Positions 31,925 through 41,448 of a stretch of DNA of 64,000 bases are shown here, piece by piece (the stretch's first letter is position 1; the number at the start of each line of letters is the position of its first letter). This DNA is from Blastocatellia bacterium (GTDB taxonomy: Bacteria > Acidobacteriota > Blastocatellia > UBA7656). The translations under genes and the position numbers were made by a program. The stretch spans positions 96,001 to 160,000 of the forward strand of contig CAVXWP010000009.1 of NCBI GenBank assembly GCA_963765495.1, in the 5' to 3' direction. A model generated the notes under the pieces. The model worked only from the letters and a program-made list of their open reading frames with translations, was not told where the DNA came from and did no database searches.

Positions 31925-34582
31925 ATGACTGAAATTCCAAAAGCATACGATCCGCATGGAACCGAAGAGAAATGGTATTCCTTCTGGCAATCGAACGGCT
32001 ATTTCAAGCCCCGAGGAGAGGGCGAAACCTACACTATTACGATTCCTCCGCCAAATGTGACCGGCTCTCTGCACATAGGCCACGCGCTCTGCTACAGCAT
32101 TCAGGACGCGCTGATACGATGGAAGCGAATGCAGGGCTACAGAACCCTTTGCGTGCCGGGAACCGATCACGCAGGCATTGCCACTCAAAACGTAGTCGAG
32201 AAGCAACTCCGCAAAGAAGGGCTTTCCCGTCACGACCTCGGGCGCGAGCCGTTTGTTGAGCGCGTATGGAAATGGGTAGACCAGTACGGCGGCGTCATAC
32301 TCTCACAGCTTCAGCGGCTGGGCTGTTCGTTTGACTGGGACCGCACGCGTTTTACTCTGGATTCGCGTTACAGCGCGGCGGTGGGCGAGTGCTTTGTGCG
32401 CTGGTGGGAAGACGGCTTTATTTACCGGGGCGTTCGGGTGATAAACTGGTGCCCGCAGTGTTTGACCGCGATCTCCGACATCGAGGTGCAGCACGTGGAC
32501 CAGCCGGGCAAGCTCTATCATTTGCGTTATCCGTTCAAGGACGGTTCGGGCTATGTGGTCGTAGCAACGACGCGGCCTGAAACCATGCTTGGCGACACGG
32601 CGGTTGCCGCAAACCCTAAAGACGAGCGATACAAGGCGCTTTTTGGCAAGACGATAATCCTGCCTCTTGTGGGGCGCGAGATACCGCTTATCGCCGACGA
32701 TTACGCCAAATCCGAATTCGGAAGCGGCGCAGTCAAGGTGACTCCGGCACACGACGCAAACGATTTCGAGGCCGGATTGCGCAATAATCTGCCCCAGATC
32801 ATCGTCATTGACGAACACGGGCGAATGAACGAGCAGGCGGGCGAACGCTACGCGGGTCTCGACCGTTTTGAGGCGCGCGAGCGTGTGATGGAAGACCTGC
32901 AAGCCGAGGGGCTGGTCGATAAGATCGAAGATTACACGATTCCGACAGCCATCTGCGATCGCTGCAAGACCGTCATAGAGCCGCTGCTTTCCGAGCAGTG
33001 GTTTGTAAAGATGAAAGAGATCGCCCAGCCCGCCATTGATGTTGTCAAACAGGGGCGCGTGAAATTCATACCCGACCGCTACGAGCGGATATATCTGGAC
33101 TGGATGGAAAACATCAAGGACTGGTGTATCTCGCGGCAGCTGTGGTGGGGACATCGCATCCCCGTTTGGACGACCGAAGACGGCGAGTATATCGTGGCCC
33201 GTTCGGAAAAAGAGGCAATGGAGAAGGCCGCGGGCCGCCCGATAACTCAGGACTCGGATGTGCTCGATACGTGGTTTTCTTCTGCGCTCTGGCCGCAGGC
33301 TGTGCTCGGCTGGCCTGACGAGACCAAAGACCTTGCGGAATTTTATCCGACATCGGTGCTTGTCACATCGCGCGAAATACTCTACCTCTGGGTGGCGCGG
33401 ATGATCATGACGGGGCTTTACTTCAAAGATGAGATACCCTTCCCCGACGTGTATATCTATGCAACGGTCCTGAATGAAGAGGGCAAACGGATGAGCAAGT
33501 CGCTCGGGACCGGTGTTGACCCGTTGCAGTTGATAGATCAGTACGGGTCGGACGCATTGCGCTTTGCGTTGCTTGTGCGAACGGCGCGCGGGCAGGACAT
33601 ACGTTTCGCCAGCACAAAAAACGGTCGGCAGAAACAGGTGGAAGAGGCGCGCAATTTCGCAAACAAGATATGGAACGCCTCGCGCTTCGTATTGATGAAT
33701 CTCGGCGAATACGCATCAAGCGTGGAGGCGCGATGGGAACCATCCGACGCGCTCGCAGACCGCTGGATACTTTCGGAATTAAACAGGACCATCGGGCAGG
33801 TAACATCGGCGCTCGAAGAGTACCGCATAAACGATGTAGCACAGACGCTTTATCATTTCTTCTGGGATGAATTCTGCGACTGGTATATCGAGCTATCCAA
33901 ATCCTCGGTCACATCAACCGATGAGACCACGAAAGCACGGCTCGCTCGCAATCGAATAGTCTATGTGCTTGAAACCAGCCTCAGGCTCCTGCATCCGTTG
34001 ATGCCGTATCTGACCGAAGAGATATGGCAGCGCCTGCCGCACAAAGGCGATTCGATAATGCTTGCCGGCTGGCCCGCAACCGACGAGGCCAGAGACGACC
34101 GTGAGGCGAGCGAGCAGATAGAAACCTTGATCGCGCTGGTCACAAAGGTGCGCAATATTCGCTCGGAGATGAATATTCCGGCATCTAGCCGTCTGAAACT
34201 TAACATCGGCGCGGCCGATGAAAGGGCCCTGAGGATGATCGAAGAGAGCGCAGATCAGATCAGGCGTCTCGCGCGTGTTGAAGAGATCACGACAGATCGT
34301 CTTCCCGCCTCAGAGACCGCGGCGCGCGACATCGTGGCAGGCATCGAAATCGCCGTACCGCTTGAAGGGCTGATCGATATAAAGATAGAACGCGAGCGCT
34401 TGAACAAAGAACTGACGCGCAAGGATGATGAGGCGCGATCATTGGCCTCGCGACTCGACAACCCTTCATTTGTCGAACGCGCGCCTCAGGATGTGGTCGA
34501 ACAGACGCGCACGCGCCACGACGAGTTGATAGCCGAAATCGCCAAGATGAAGGCGACGCTTAAATCACTCGGCGAAAATTGA
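31925..34582 (+). CDS. valS: Valine--tRNA ligase
   Basis: 'PPPNVTGSLHIGHAL', 'DWCISRQLWWGHRIP', 'DVLDTWFSS', 'RMSKS', C-terminal coiled coil. Confidence 0.99.
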   Translation: MTEIPKAYDPHGTEEKWYSFWQSNGYFKPRGEGETYTITIPPPNVTGSLHIGHALCYSIQDALIRWKRMQGYRTLCVPGTDHAGIATQNVVEKQLRKEGLSRHDLGREPFVERVWKWVDQYGGVILSQLQRLGCSFDWDRTRFTLDSRYSAAVGECFVRWWEDGFIYRGVRVINWCPQCLTAISDIEVQHVDQPGKLYHLRYPFKDGSGYVVVATTRPETMLGDTAVAANPKDERYKALFGKTIILPLVGREIPLIADDYAKSEFGSGAVKVTPAHDANDFEAGLRNNLPQIIVIDEHGRMNEQAGERYAGLDRFEARERVMEDLQAEGLVDKIEDYTIPTAICDRCKTVIEPLLSEQWFVKMKEIAQPAIDVVKQGRVKFIPDRYERIYLDWMENIKDWCISRQLWWGHRIPVWTTEDGEYIVARSEKEAMEKAAGRPITQDSDVLDTWFSSALWPQAVLGWPDETKDLAEFYPTSVLVTSREILYLWVARMIMTGLYFKDEIPFPDVYIYATVLNEEGKRMSKSLGTGVDPLQLIDQYGSDALRFALLVRTARGQDIRFASTKNGRQKQVEEARNFANKIWNASRFVLMNLGEYASSVEARWEPSDALADRWILSELNRTIGQVTSALEEYRINDVAQTLYHFFWDEFCDWYIELSKSSVTSTDETTKARLARNRIVYVLETSLRLLHPLMPYLTEEIWQRLPHKGDSIMLAGWPATDEARDDREASEQIETLIALVTKVRNIRSEMNIPASSRLKLNIGAADERALRMIEESADQIRRLARVEEITTDRLPASETAARDIVAGIEIAVPLEGLIDIKIERERLNKELTRKDDEARSLASRLDNPSFVERAPQDVVEQTRTRHDELIAEIAKMKATLKSLGEN

Positions 34583-34609
34583 TCTGGATTCGACAGAGGG
34601 CGCAAAAGA

Positions 34610-34691
34610 TTTTGGCAGAATTGGCAGGTTTAACAGATTTTTTCTTGGATTTTTCTTACAAATCCTGTTAATCCTGTTTATCCTATCAAAT
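34610..34691. repeat. 9-mer (ACAGGATTN / AATCCTGT) inverted-repeat element
   Basis: TGGCAGAAT-TGGCAGGTT-TAACAGATT ... AATCCTGTT-AATCCTGTT-TATCCTATC. Confidence 0.7.
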
Positions 34692-34730
34692 AATTCGGCT
34701 CCTTATGATTTAGAGGGAAATAGAAATAGA

Positions 34731-35582
34731 ATGGACCTCGATTCGGGTATCATTTACGCATACGCGGCCGACATGCTGAAGGAAGACCTCGGTCGCGGAG
34801 ACATCACTACGCAGGCAACTGTGCGCGGCGGACAGCGTGCGCGGGGGCGATTTCTGGCCAAGCAGGATTTCGTGCTGTGCGGTCTTGAACTCGCCGAAGC
34901 GGTTTTCGCAACTCTCGATCCGCAGATTCAACTTGAGTCGCGTGTCTATGACGGCGAGCAGATAGGTTCAGGCACAGAGTTCGCCATTATAGAAGGCCCG
35001 GCTTCGGTGCTGCTCACGGGCGAGCGAACCGCGCTCAATCTTATGCAAAGGCTCTCAGGCGTTGCGACCCTGACCAGAGCATTCGTTGAGCGCGTGGCCG
35101 GAACCACTGCTCAGATAGTGGACACGCGGAAGACCACGCCGGGGCTGCGCCTGATTGAGAAGTACGCGGTCGCAATAGGTGGTGGGCGCAATCACAGATT
35201 TGGGTTGGATGATGGGGTGCTTATTAAGGATAATCACATAGCGATGGCGGGGGGGGTGAAGCGGGCAATCGAGATGGCTCGTCGCGCTGTGCCTCATCTT
35301 TTGAAGATTGAGATAGAAGTCGCAAACCAGGCCCAGTTGCGCGATGCCGTCTCTACAGGCGCGGATGTGATTATGCTCGACAACATGCAACCCGATGAGA
35401 TACGGCAAAGCGTGCAGTTGATAAGAGAGCATTCCCCCGGCACGATCATAGAAGTGTCGGGTGGCGTCAACCTGGAAACTGTCCGCCAACTGGCGGAGTG
35501 CGGAGTTGATCTGATTTCCGTAGGCGCTATAACTCATTCGGCTACGGCAGTGGATATCAGTATGAAGGTAGTGCCTTTGTAA
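34731..35582 (+). CDS. nadC: Quinolinate phosphoribosyltransferase (carboxylating nicotinate-nucleotide diphosphorylase)
   Basis: 'EDLGRGDITT', 'ERTALN', 'DTRKTTPGLR', 'NHRFGLDD..LIKDNH', 'IMLDN', 'ISVGAITHSA'. Confidence 0.98.
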   Translation: MDLDSGIIYAYAADMLKEDLGRGDITTQATVRGGQRARGRFLAKQDFVLCGLELAEAVFATLDPQIQLESRVYDGEQIGSGTEFAIIEGPASVLLTGERTALNLMQRLSGVATLTRAFVERVAGTTAQIVDTRKTTPGLRLIEKYAVAIGGGRNHRFGLDDGVLIKDNHIAMAGGVKRAIEMARRAVPHLLKIEIEVANQAQLRDAVSTGADVIMLDNMQPDEIRQSVQLIREHSPGTIIEVSGGVNLETVRQLAECGVDLISVGAITHSATAVDISMKVVPL

Positions 35583-35631
35583 GCGCCCCGGCATCGAAGG
35601 GCAAAAATCAAAGAGAGCGTAAGAGTGAATT

Positions 35632-36042
35632 ATGACCAAGATCGGCGGCCAGACACGGTTGCGATTTGACAGCGTAAAACTACTTGAGCACGAAGATGGG
35701 GAGTGCCGCGCCGAAGTGGCCTTTTCATTTGGCGAGCGAATTGTAAATGCCTCCGCCACAGCAAATAACGAGGGAACAGGCCCTCTCAGAGCGGCGGCAG
35801 CGGCGGCTCTTGAGGCCGTAGAGCTGGCCGCCGGCAGCCGTTTCAATTGCGTGCTCGCGGACCTCGATCATGTTCATGCGCTTGGCAAAAATCTTATAGC
35901 CGTGCTCGTGAACGTAGAGTTTGAAGGAAAGCAGGTTCAGGTTTTCGGCAGTTGCCAGATAGCGGGCGACGAGCCGGGAGCGGCGGTCAAGGCCGCGCTC
36001 AATGCCACAAACCGATTCTTCGAACTTGCCATGCGTGAATAA
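35632..36042 (+). CDS. Hypothetical protein resembling a stand-alone LeuA/CimA C-terminal regulatory domain
   Basis: Duplicated beta-beta-beta-alpha pattern with 'GTGPLRAAAAAAL' and 'AAVKAALNATNR'. Confidence 0.6.
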   Translation: MTKIGGQTRLRFDSVKLLEHEDGECRAEVAFSFGERIVNASATANNEGTGPLRAAAAAALEAVELAAGSRFNCVLADLDHVHALGKNLIAVLVNVEFEGKQVQVFGSCQIAGDEPGAAVKAALNATNRFFELAMRE

Positions 36043-36214
36043 GGGCCGGGGGCCGGTATCAGAAGTAGGGGCCGGGGGCCGGGGGCCGGGGGTCGGTATT
36101 AGAAGAAGAGGTCGGGATCGATAACAGATGGAAGACCAGACTATCAGCGAATCACCGGGGCATCAGCGTAATCACCCGACCCCGACCCCCGGCCCCCGGC
36201 CCCCGACCCCCGGC
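36043..36214. repeat. Heptamer-armed inverted repeat (GGGGCCG / CGGCCCC family) overlapping the birA start
   Basis: GGGGCCG tandem units right after the TAA stop; CCCCG[G/A]C units at 36175-36214. Confidence 0.85.
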
Positions 36215-36955
36215 GAAGCCCCCCTCCTGTATTGCTTCGACAGCCTCTCTTCGACAAATGATCTTGCGCGTGAGATGGCTGCCCGTGGCGCGGACGAAGG
36301 GACTGTGATCGTAGCTCGCGAGCAGACCAGTGGGCGCGGTCGTAACGGCCGGACCTGGGCCTCGCCAAAGGGGCAGGGGCTCTACCTCTCTCTAATACTT
36401 CGCCCTCAATTAACGCCGGCCCGGTCTGCTGTCATCACGCTCGCGGCAGCCGTAGCCGTGGCTGAAACGCTTTCGCTCGATTATGGTGTCGCGGTTGATA
36501 TCAAATGGCCCAATGATGTGCTGGCAGGGAGCCGCAAAATATCGGGCATACTTGTGGAATCCGCCATCGAGAAAGATCGGCTTTTATACGCGGTATTAGG
36601 GATCGGGGTCAACCTCGGCCAGACAGAGTTCCCCGAAGATATAGGTCAGACCGCCACATCCCTGCTCATCGAGAGCGGGCTCCTGGTCACGCCCGATGAC
36701 TTCCTCGGATGCCTGCTTGAACGGATCAAAACCTGGTACGCGGCTGCGCTCGATAAGCCGTCCGAAGTGATAGCCGGTTGGGAATCGCTCTCAAGCTACG
36801 CAAGCGACCGCGCGGTTCGGATCGTATCGCCGGACGAGGTGATCGAAGGCATCACGCGCGGGCTTGCCGCAAGTGGCGCTCTGAGAATTGAACTTGTAAA
36901 TGGAGATATACGCGAGGTTGTTTCAGGTGAGGTGTCGCTACGCGCACGAAGTTGA
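36128..36955 (+). CDS. birA: Biotin--[acetyl-CoA carboxylase] ligase (no N-terminal HTH)
   Basis: 'SSTNDLA', 'EQTSGRGRNGRTWASP', 'IKWPNDV', 'KISGIL', 'GIGVN', 'VVSGEV'. Confidence 0.96.
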   Translation: MEDQTISESPGHQRNHPTPTPGPRPPTPGEAPLLYCFDSLSSTNDLAREMAARGADEGTVIVAREQTSGRGRNGRTWASPKGQGLYLSLILRPQLTPARSAVITLAAAVAVAETLSLDYGVAVDIKWPNDVLAGSRKISGILVESAIEKDRLLYAVLGIGVNLGQTEFPEDIGQTATSLLIESGLLVTPDDFLGCLLERIKTWYAAALDKPSEVIAGWESLSSYASDRAVRIVSPDEVIEGITRGLAASGALRIELVNGDIREVVSGEVSLRARS

Positions 36956-36982
36956 GAGACTTCGATTTTCTTTGATCGAAAC

Positions 36983-37420
36983 TCACAATGCGCTTTCGCA
37001 TTTGTAATTGTCGGATGAGTACTTCTGAGCCGTTGCCAGAAGCGTGTTTATCTCAATCGGTTTGTGCAGCACTTCATCCACGCCTGCTGCCAGGGCGTCT
37101 TCGTCTACTCCGCCGCTCCCGGTCACAAGCACGATGGGAGTAGAAAGGTGATGATCGATTGCGCGTATCGCTTTCACAAGCTTCAGCCCGTCAATACCCG
37201 GAAGCAGATAGCTCAGGAAAATTATGTCGTAGTCTTTATTTTCCGACACGGCGTCTACCCCGCGCAGCCCATCAGTAAAGGTATCCACATCCCAATCGCT
37301 CGTGGAAAGAACTATCGTGAAGAGTTTTGCCACGCTCTCATCACCCTCGATTATGAGCGCCTTTCTGCGCCTAAACAACCCTGTCTCCCCCTTAAAGTAA
37401 TTAGATCGTGCAGGAATCAT
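36983..37420 (-). CDS. Single-domain atypical response regulator (receiver)
   Basis: Receiver fold 'ALIIEGDE', 'DIIFLSYLLPGIDG', 'PIVLVTG', 'VLHKP'. The phospho-acceptor Asp is replaced by Ser. Confidence 0.8.
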   Translation of the reverse strand: MIPARSNYFKGETGLFRRRKALIIEGDESVAKLFTIVLSTSDWDVDTFTDGLRGVDAVSENKDYDIIFLSYLLPGIDGLKLVKAIRAIDHHLSTPIVLVTGSGGVDEDALAAGVDEVLHKPIEINTLLATAQKYSSDNYKCESAL

Positions 37421-37589
37421 TTTATTGCGTTCGCTCTTGGAAAAAGTTGATCGGAACCGAAGACCTACCCCCGATTCAGACTCTGACTCTGGTAGGGGCT
37501 GATAGCGCCTAAAGATACATAACAACACCGATATCAAATTATAAAATTAATGTTACTACGAGAAGGAGGGGTAGAGAATCTCTTGGGGC

Positions 37590-37805
37590 TTATCTTTTGT
37601 TTGCCCTCTCTTCTGCCTGAACACGCGTTATTATATCGGCAATTTTTTGCTCTATTTTAAATCCCGCCTCGCAGTGCCTGCAACTGCGCCGGTCCTCAAA
37701 ATAGGAAAACTCGCTCCAGTAGCTGACGATGCCTGTTCCCCTGCACTCCACGCATCCGTCCTCTGCTCCAGGCGACGAGTTGAGCCTTTCTTCTAAAGCA
37801 ATCAT
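37590..37805 (-). CDS. Small zinc-finger protein (CxxCxGxG...CxxC)
   Basis: 'CVECRGTG' and 'CRHCEAG'; a strong promoter lies upstream. Confidence 0.65.
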   Translation of the reverse strand: MIALEERLNSSPGAEDGCVECRGTGIVSYWSEFSYFEDRRSCRHCEAGFKIEQKIADIITRVQAEERANKR

Positions 37806-37855
37806 TAGTATTATCCCACCTGGCAATTTGACCACTTAAGTAATAAACTATGCGC

Positions 37856-37884
37856 ATACTACGGCAGGAGAGCTTTAATGTCAA
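37856..37884 (-). promoter_or_regulatory. Near-consensus sigma70 promoter for the small zinc-finger gene
   Basis: Minus strand TTGACA-ttaaagctctcctgccg(17)-TAGTAT. Confidence 0.7.
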
Positions 37885-38384
37885 ATAGTATTTTTGAAAA
37901 TCAGAGCAGTATACTTGATGGAATTATCAAAAGACAGGTTCAATGTGGAGGGCGTGAAGAGCTAAAGGATTTTGTTAAGAGAATACTCAAACAGAAGAGG
38001 CTTACGCTCAAGGACGTGCAACAGCGTTCGGGAGGAAGCATAACTCAGGCATACGTGAGCGCCATAGTTAGAGGGGTATACACAAATCTCACGGTTGAAA
38101 AACTAAAGGCGCTGGCACGCGGGCTTGGCGTAGAGGAGGATAAGATTTTCCGTGTGGCTCGTGGCGTTTCAAGCGAGGAGGCATTTTCTGAGAAAGGCAA
38201 TAATCTGTATCAGATAACTTATTTTCTCGATTTGATGCAGCAGGTAGCCGACAATCCGCAGCTTTTGGAGATCATCGATGAGTTGTTAAGGATGCCGTCT
38301 GATACACAGGCCATCTTATTGAAGTACATAAAAGCGATCAAAGAACCCAAAGACCGAGACCATCTCAAAAACAAGATCGGTTGA
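37878..38384 (+). CDS. XRE family HTH transcriptional regulator
   Basis: 'LTLKDVQQRSGGSITQAYVSAIVRG..NLTVEKLKALARGLGV'. The true start may lie downstream of 37878. Confidence 0.85.
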   Translation: MSNSIFENQSSILDGIIKRQVQCGGREELKDFVKRILKQKRLTLKDVQQRSGGSITQAYVSAIVRGVYTNLTVEKLKALARGLGVEEDKIFRVARGVSSEEAFSEKGNNLYQITYFLDLMQQVADNPQLLEIIDELLRMPSDTQAILLKYIKAIKEPKDRDHLKNKIG

Positions 38385-38391
38385 ATTTCTC

Positions 38392-38471
38392 TTGTCCGTA
38401 GTCCGTCGCCGGTTGCCCGTGGTAATTTGAGCACTAAACCGTACAAACAACGACCAGCGGACCACGGACAA
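38392..38471. repeat. Heptamer-armed inverted repeat (GTCCGTN / NACGGAC family)
   Basis: TTGTCCGTAGTCCGTCG ... CAGCGGACCACGGACAA, just after the XRE stop. Confidence 0.7.
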
Positions 38472-38482
38472 AAAAGCAATCT

Positions 38483-39283
38483 GTGAACAGCGTGAACGAA
38501 AAGAGTCTGATCAATCCCGCCGAAAGTTTGAACTACTTTAACTATTTCACTGAGGTCGAAGAGGAGTTTGTCCGCCGACGCGGAAAACCCCTGCTCATCT
38601 CTCCGATGGACTGGGCGCTCGTCGAAAGCTGGAAAAACGCGGGCATTCCGCTTCATGTAGTGTTGCGAGCCATAAATCAGGCTTTCGATTCCTACGACGC
38701 GCGGGCGCGAAAATTCCGTAAGGTCAACTCGATGTTTTATTGCCAGCAAGAGGTCGAGGCCACCTTTGCTCAGTACAGGCTGGCGCAGGTAGGCGAAAAC
38801 CCCGTCGAAACCGCAACGCCTCCGACCGGGGAGAGTCGGTTGCGGGAATCACGCTCAGCGCGTGAAAGGAGATCGGCGTTTCCAAAAGAGATATTGCTCG
38901 ATTTTCTGGCCCGTTCCGATACGGAGCTTGGCGCGGCTCAGATAGCGGCTGTCGAGTCCGAAAAATCGAGCCTCGGAGATACGATAGGCCGGGCGCGCAA
39001 TCGACTCGGGGAAATTCGAAAGCAGATCGAACAGGCCGCGCGGGCCGATGACGAAGCGCTTGAACATGACCTCGACTCGATTGACCGTCTGATTCTGAAC
39101 GGCCTTATCGCCGAGGGCGGCCAAAGCCATATCGAATCGCTAAGAGCGGAGGCCGAATCCCAGCTTCAGGCTTATCGCAAAAAGATGGACAAAGAGATTT
39201 ACGATCAGACTCTAAACAACTTCGTCTTTCGGCGCTTGCGCGAGACAAACCACATACCTCGTCTCAGCCTCTTCTATATTTAG
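38483..39283 (+). CDS. Conserved hypothetical protein with a DnaD-like N-terminal helical domain
   Basis: 'YFTEVEEEFVRRRGKPLLISPMDWALVESW..AGIPLHVVLRAI', 'VNSMFYC', C-terminal 'IPRLSLFY'. Confidence 0.7.
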   Translation: MNSVNEKSLINPAESLNYFNYFTEVEEEFVRRRGKPLLISPMDWALVESWKNAGIPLHVVLRAINQAFDSYDARARKFRKVNSMFYCQQEVEATFAQYRLAQVGENPVETATPPTGESRLRESRSARERRSAFPKEILLDFLARSDTELGAAQIAAVESEKSSLGDTIGRARNRLGEIRKQIEQAARADDEALEHDLDSIDRLILNGLIAEGGQSHIESLRAEAESQLQAYRKKMDKEIYDQTLNNFVFRRLRETNHIPRLSLFYI

Positions 39284-39377
39284 TGTGAAACGTGAATCGT
39301 GAATCGTGAAATACGGCTCGCCCGATAACAGCCATGTGTCTGAAAGTCACGCATCACGCATCACGATTCACGATTCA
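39284..39377. repeat. Heptamer-armed inverted repeat (CGTGAAT / ATTCACG family)
   Basis: TGTGAAA-CGTGAAT-CGTGAAT-CGTGAAA ... TCACGCA-TCACGCA-TCACGAT-TCACGAT, starting at the TAG stop. Confidence 0.88.
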
Positions 39378-39420
39378 TTGTCGCTCGCCTTCCTCAGGTT
39401 CAAGCTGTTATGGTGAACGG

Positions 39421-40656
39421 GTGGAAAAACAATCGCCGGTTGTCGGAGATATTGTCGAATTGACTGCGGAGCGGCTCGCCTTCGGTGGAGACGCCATCGC
39501 ACATCACGAGGGGCTTGCCGTCTTCGTGATGCTTGCGGCCCCGGGCGACCGAGTGCGGGCCAGGGTAGTCGAGCGCAAGAAAAAGTATGCGCGCGCGGTG
39601 ATTGAAGAGATACTGACTCCCTCCCCGTTGCGACGAGAGCCGCCTTGCCCACACTTTGGCATCTGCGGCGGATGTCAGTTACAACATCTCACCTACGAGG
39701 CACAGCTTGAGGCAAAGGCTGGTTTTGTGCGCGACTGTTTGACACGCATAGGCCGAATTGATTGGCCTCATCAGATTGAGGTCATTTCCGCATCTGAGTT
39801 TGGATATCGCGGGCGCGCCCAGATAAAAATCGAAACCGCCCTTTCGGATGGAAAACGAAATCTGCGAATCGGGTTCAACAACGCGGGGTCGCACGCGGTG
39901 CGCGACATAGAGACCTGTCCTATTCTGATGCCCGAACTTGACGAGGCGCTCGGCAGACTGCGGTCGGCGCTCAAGGACACAGGCGGGGCCGAAAAAGAGA
40001 GCGGGTTGCCGATTATTTTATCCGAAGTCGAAATGGCGGCTGGCGATCGTGGGGTTTCATTCGAACCCGAGGTGGCAGGCTTGCCTTCGGGCGCTCTAAA
40101 ACGAAGGGTGGGCGGAGTCGACTACAAATTCAGCCCGGCCACTTTTTTTCAGGCAAATCCGCTGCTGCTGGAAAGGATGATAGTCGAAGCCGTGGGAAAC
40201 AGCATGGGCAAACTTGCGATAGACCTTTACGCCGGGGCAGGGCTTTTCACCCTACAGCTTGCCCGCCTCTATACCCGGGTGATAGGGGTCGAATCAGACG
40301 CAGGCGCGGCAGGGTTCGCCCGCGACAATCTGAAAGAAAATATGATTTCTAATGTTGAGTTTTACAACCGCCGCGTCGAGAACTGGTTAAAGAATTTCAT
40401 CGAAAAACGGAGCGAATCCGAGACAATAGACCTGATCGCGCTTGACCCGCCGCGCACGGGAGCGCCCGAAGCCATCGAGCACATACTTCGATTGAGACCC
40501 GCCGCCATTACCTATGTTTCCTGTGATCCGTCCACACTTGCTCGCGACCTTCGCGGGCTTCTGGAGGGCGATTACAAACTCGCAAGCATCAGGGCATTTG
40601 ACCTGTTTCCGCAGACCTATCACATCGAGATAGTAGCCGTTCTCAACCGATCCTGA
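39421..40656 (+). CDS. TrmA/RlmD-family RNA (uracil-5)-methyltransferase with TRAM domain and Fe-S motif
   Basis: 'PPCPHFGICGGCQLQH', 'FFQAN', 'DLYAGAGLF', 'LDPPRTG', 'YVSCDPSTLARD', 'DLFPQTYHIE'. Confidence 0.95.
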   Translation: MEKQSPVVGDIVELTAERLAFGGDAIAHHEGLAVFVMLAAPGDRVRARVVERKKKYARAVIEEILTPSPLRREPPCPHFGICGGCQLQHLTYEAQLEAKAGFVRDCLTRIGRIDWPHQIEVISASEFGYRGRAQIKIETALSDGKRNLRIGFNNAGSHAVRDIETCPILMPELDEALGRLRSALKDTGGAEKESGLPIILSEVEMAAGDRGVSFEPEVAGLPSGALKRRVGGVDYKFSPATFFQANPLLLERMIVEAVGNSMGKLAIDLYAGAGLFTLQLARLYTRVIGVESDAGAAGFARDNLKENMISNVEFYNRRVENWLKNFIEKRSESETIDLIALDPPRTGAPEAIEHILRLRPAAITYVSCDPSTLARDLRGLLEGDYKLASIRAFDLFPQTYHIEIVAVLNRS

Positions 40657-40665
40657 GAGAAGAGA

Positions 40666-41286
40666 CTATTCCTGATGCTGCTCCGACGTATTTACCGGGC
40701 TCATCACTTCGCTCTGGATACCGGTTGATGTTTCTACTCTGACCGATTCGGGGTTTGCCCTCGTGCGCTCCGACAGACCATCGTTATTGATAATGCGCGA
40801 GACGATTCCTAGATCGCGGGCCTGCCCGGACGTAAAATAGTGATCCGCCATGTCAGAGAAAAACAGCCGTCGAGCCTCTTCCGCCGTCAGGTCGGTGTCT
40901 CGAGTATAGACGCCGAGCAGTTGATTGACGGTGCGCTCCAATTGATCCACGCGATCTCTCAGAAAGGCTCGCGGGCCGTCGCTTTTCCAGCTTATATCGT
41001 GCGACATGAACTCGGTGTTGGGATAGCTGGCACGGTTTGTCCTGGGCGCGGCAAGCAGGACGGTCATCGCCGCCGAGTGGACCTTGCCGAGAGCTACCGT
41101 ATAGATTTCGCAAGGAGCGTTTTGTAAAACATCGTAGATAGCCAGGGCATCGGTCACGCTGCCGCCGCACGAATTGACGTAAATGGTTATGGGTTCGTTG
41201 CTCTCTTCAAACAACTCATACATTTGAGCGATAAGTTTTTCAGTCCGCTCATTGTTTATATCGCCAAATAAATAAGCTCTCCGCAT
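40666..41286 (-). CDS. ClpP-family protease subunit (divergent, stand-alone)
   Basis: 'ITIYVNSCGGSV'; putative triad S 'VHSAA', H 'FMSHD', D 'ADHYFT'; 'ARDLGIVSRI'. Confidence 0.88.
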   Translation of the reverse strand: MRRAYLFGDINNERTEKLIAQMYELFEESNEPITIYVNSCGGSVTDALAIYDVLQNAPCEIYTVALGKVHSAAMTVLLAAPRTNRASYPNTEFMSHDISWKSDGPRAFLRDRVDQLERTVNQLLGVYTRDTDLTAEEARRLFFSDMADHYFTSGQARDLGIVSRIINNDGLSERTRANPESVRVETSTGIQSEVMSPVNTSEQHQE

Positions 41287-41448
41287 CTTGCCGGATTTCA
41301 CTCCTTTCAGGGCCGTGATGGATGGAAGTATCCTGCTCTGAGACAGAATGCGACAGTCCCGGGATTTCAATTACAACTACTTTTTTGGAGGCTTCTCAAA
41401 CTCGTCCGGCGGGGGCCAACCACGCCGAATGCCGCGTTTGATACCGCG

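Noticed and set aside
36955-36983. Absence of coaX after birA, compensated by type I coaA at 7908
   Set aside because: It relies on remembered synteny, and the rest of the genome cannot be seen, so it is not testable from this window.
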